DNA of 56,130 bases from a virus (Duplodnaviria > Caudoviricetes): IMG/VR virus record IMGVR_UViG_3300022751_000019, positions 1 to 56,130 of that record; one strand, written 5' to 3'. The translations under genes were made by a program, and so were the position numbers. Positions 56,120 to 56,130 of the stretch are shown in pieces; position 1 is the stretch's first letter, and each line of letters opens with the position of its first letter. The notes below the pieces were generated by a model. The model was not told the origin of the DNA and made no database searches. It saw only the letters and a list, made by a program, of their open reading frames with translations.

Positions 56120-56130
56120 CTTTGCAAATG

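Noticed and set aside
56115-56130. The contig end TTTTCCTTTGCAAATG is the reverse complement of 75-90, resembling a hairpin telomere or an inversion
   Set aside because: Only 11 nt extend beyond the direct repeat, and I see no protelomerase or invertase. A fold-back chimeric read or assembly artefact is the simplest explanation.
1-56130. Stop-codon reassignment, tRNA genes, introns or inteins
   Set aside because: Core genes are full length in the standard code and use TAA, TAG and TGA as stops; I saw no cloverleaf or intein/intron signatures by eye.

Overview
The window is an apparently complete, circularly permuted ~56.0 kb tailed-phage genome. Positions 1-126 recur at 55994-56119, giving a unit length of 55,993 bp. 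It is AT-rich and siphovirus-like, and the host is most likely a Bacteroidota member (many TAnnTTTG -7 promoters, Q-rule signal peptides, LytTR-only regulators). The + strand carries terminase, portal, MuF, HK97 protease and capsid, neck, tail tube, a frameshifted chaperone, tape measure, tail tip and fibre genes, a GH19 endolysin and a spanin-like gene. The - strand carries RecT, NinG, an initiator with iterons, a T7/Twinkle-type primase-helicase, HNH genes, an antirepressor and many small hypotheticals. I found no integrase, tRNA, CRISPR array or reverse transcriptase. The most unusual observations are: (1) five consecutive tail-fibre-region genes that all begin with Sec signal peptides followed by Gln, one sharing a C-terminal domain with a signal-less baseplate-type protein; (2) two glycosyltransferases directly behind the major capsid gene, with capsid and tail tube both ending in Ser; (3) two sequence-unrelated leader RNAs with the same kissing-loop attenuator architecture; (4) a displaced membrane-protein operon containing an unannotated Pro-rich micropeptide; (5) an apparently catalytically dead second prohead-protease homologue. 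All family assignments come from motif recognition by eye; no database searches were run.
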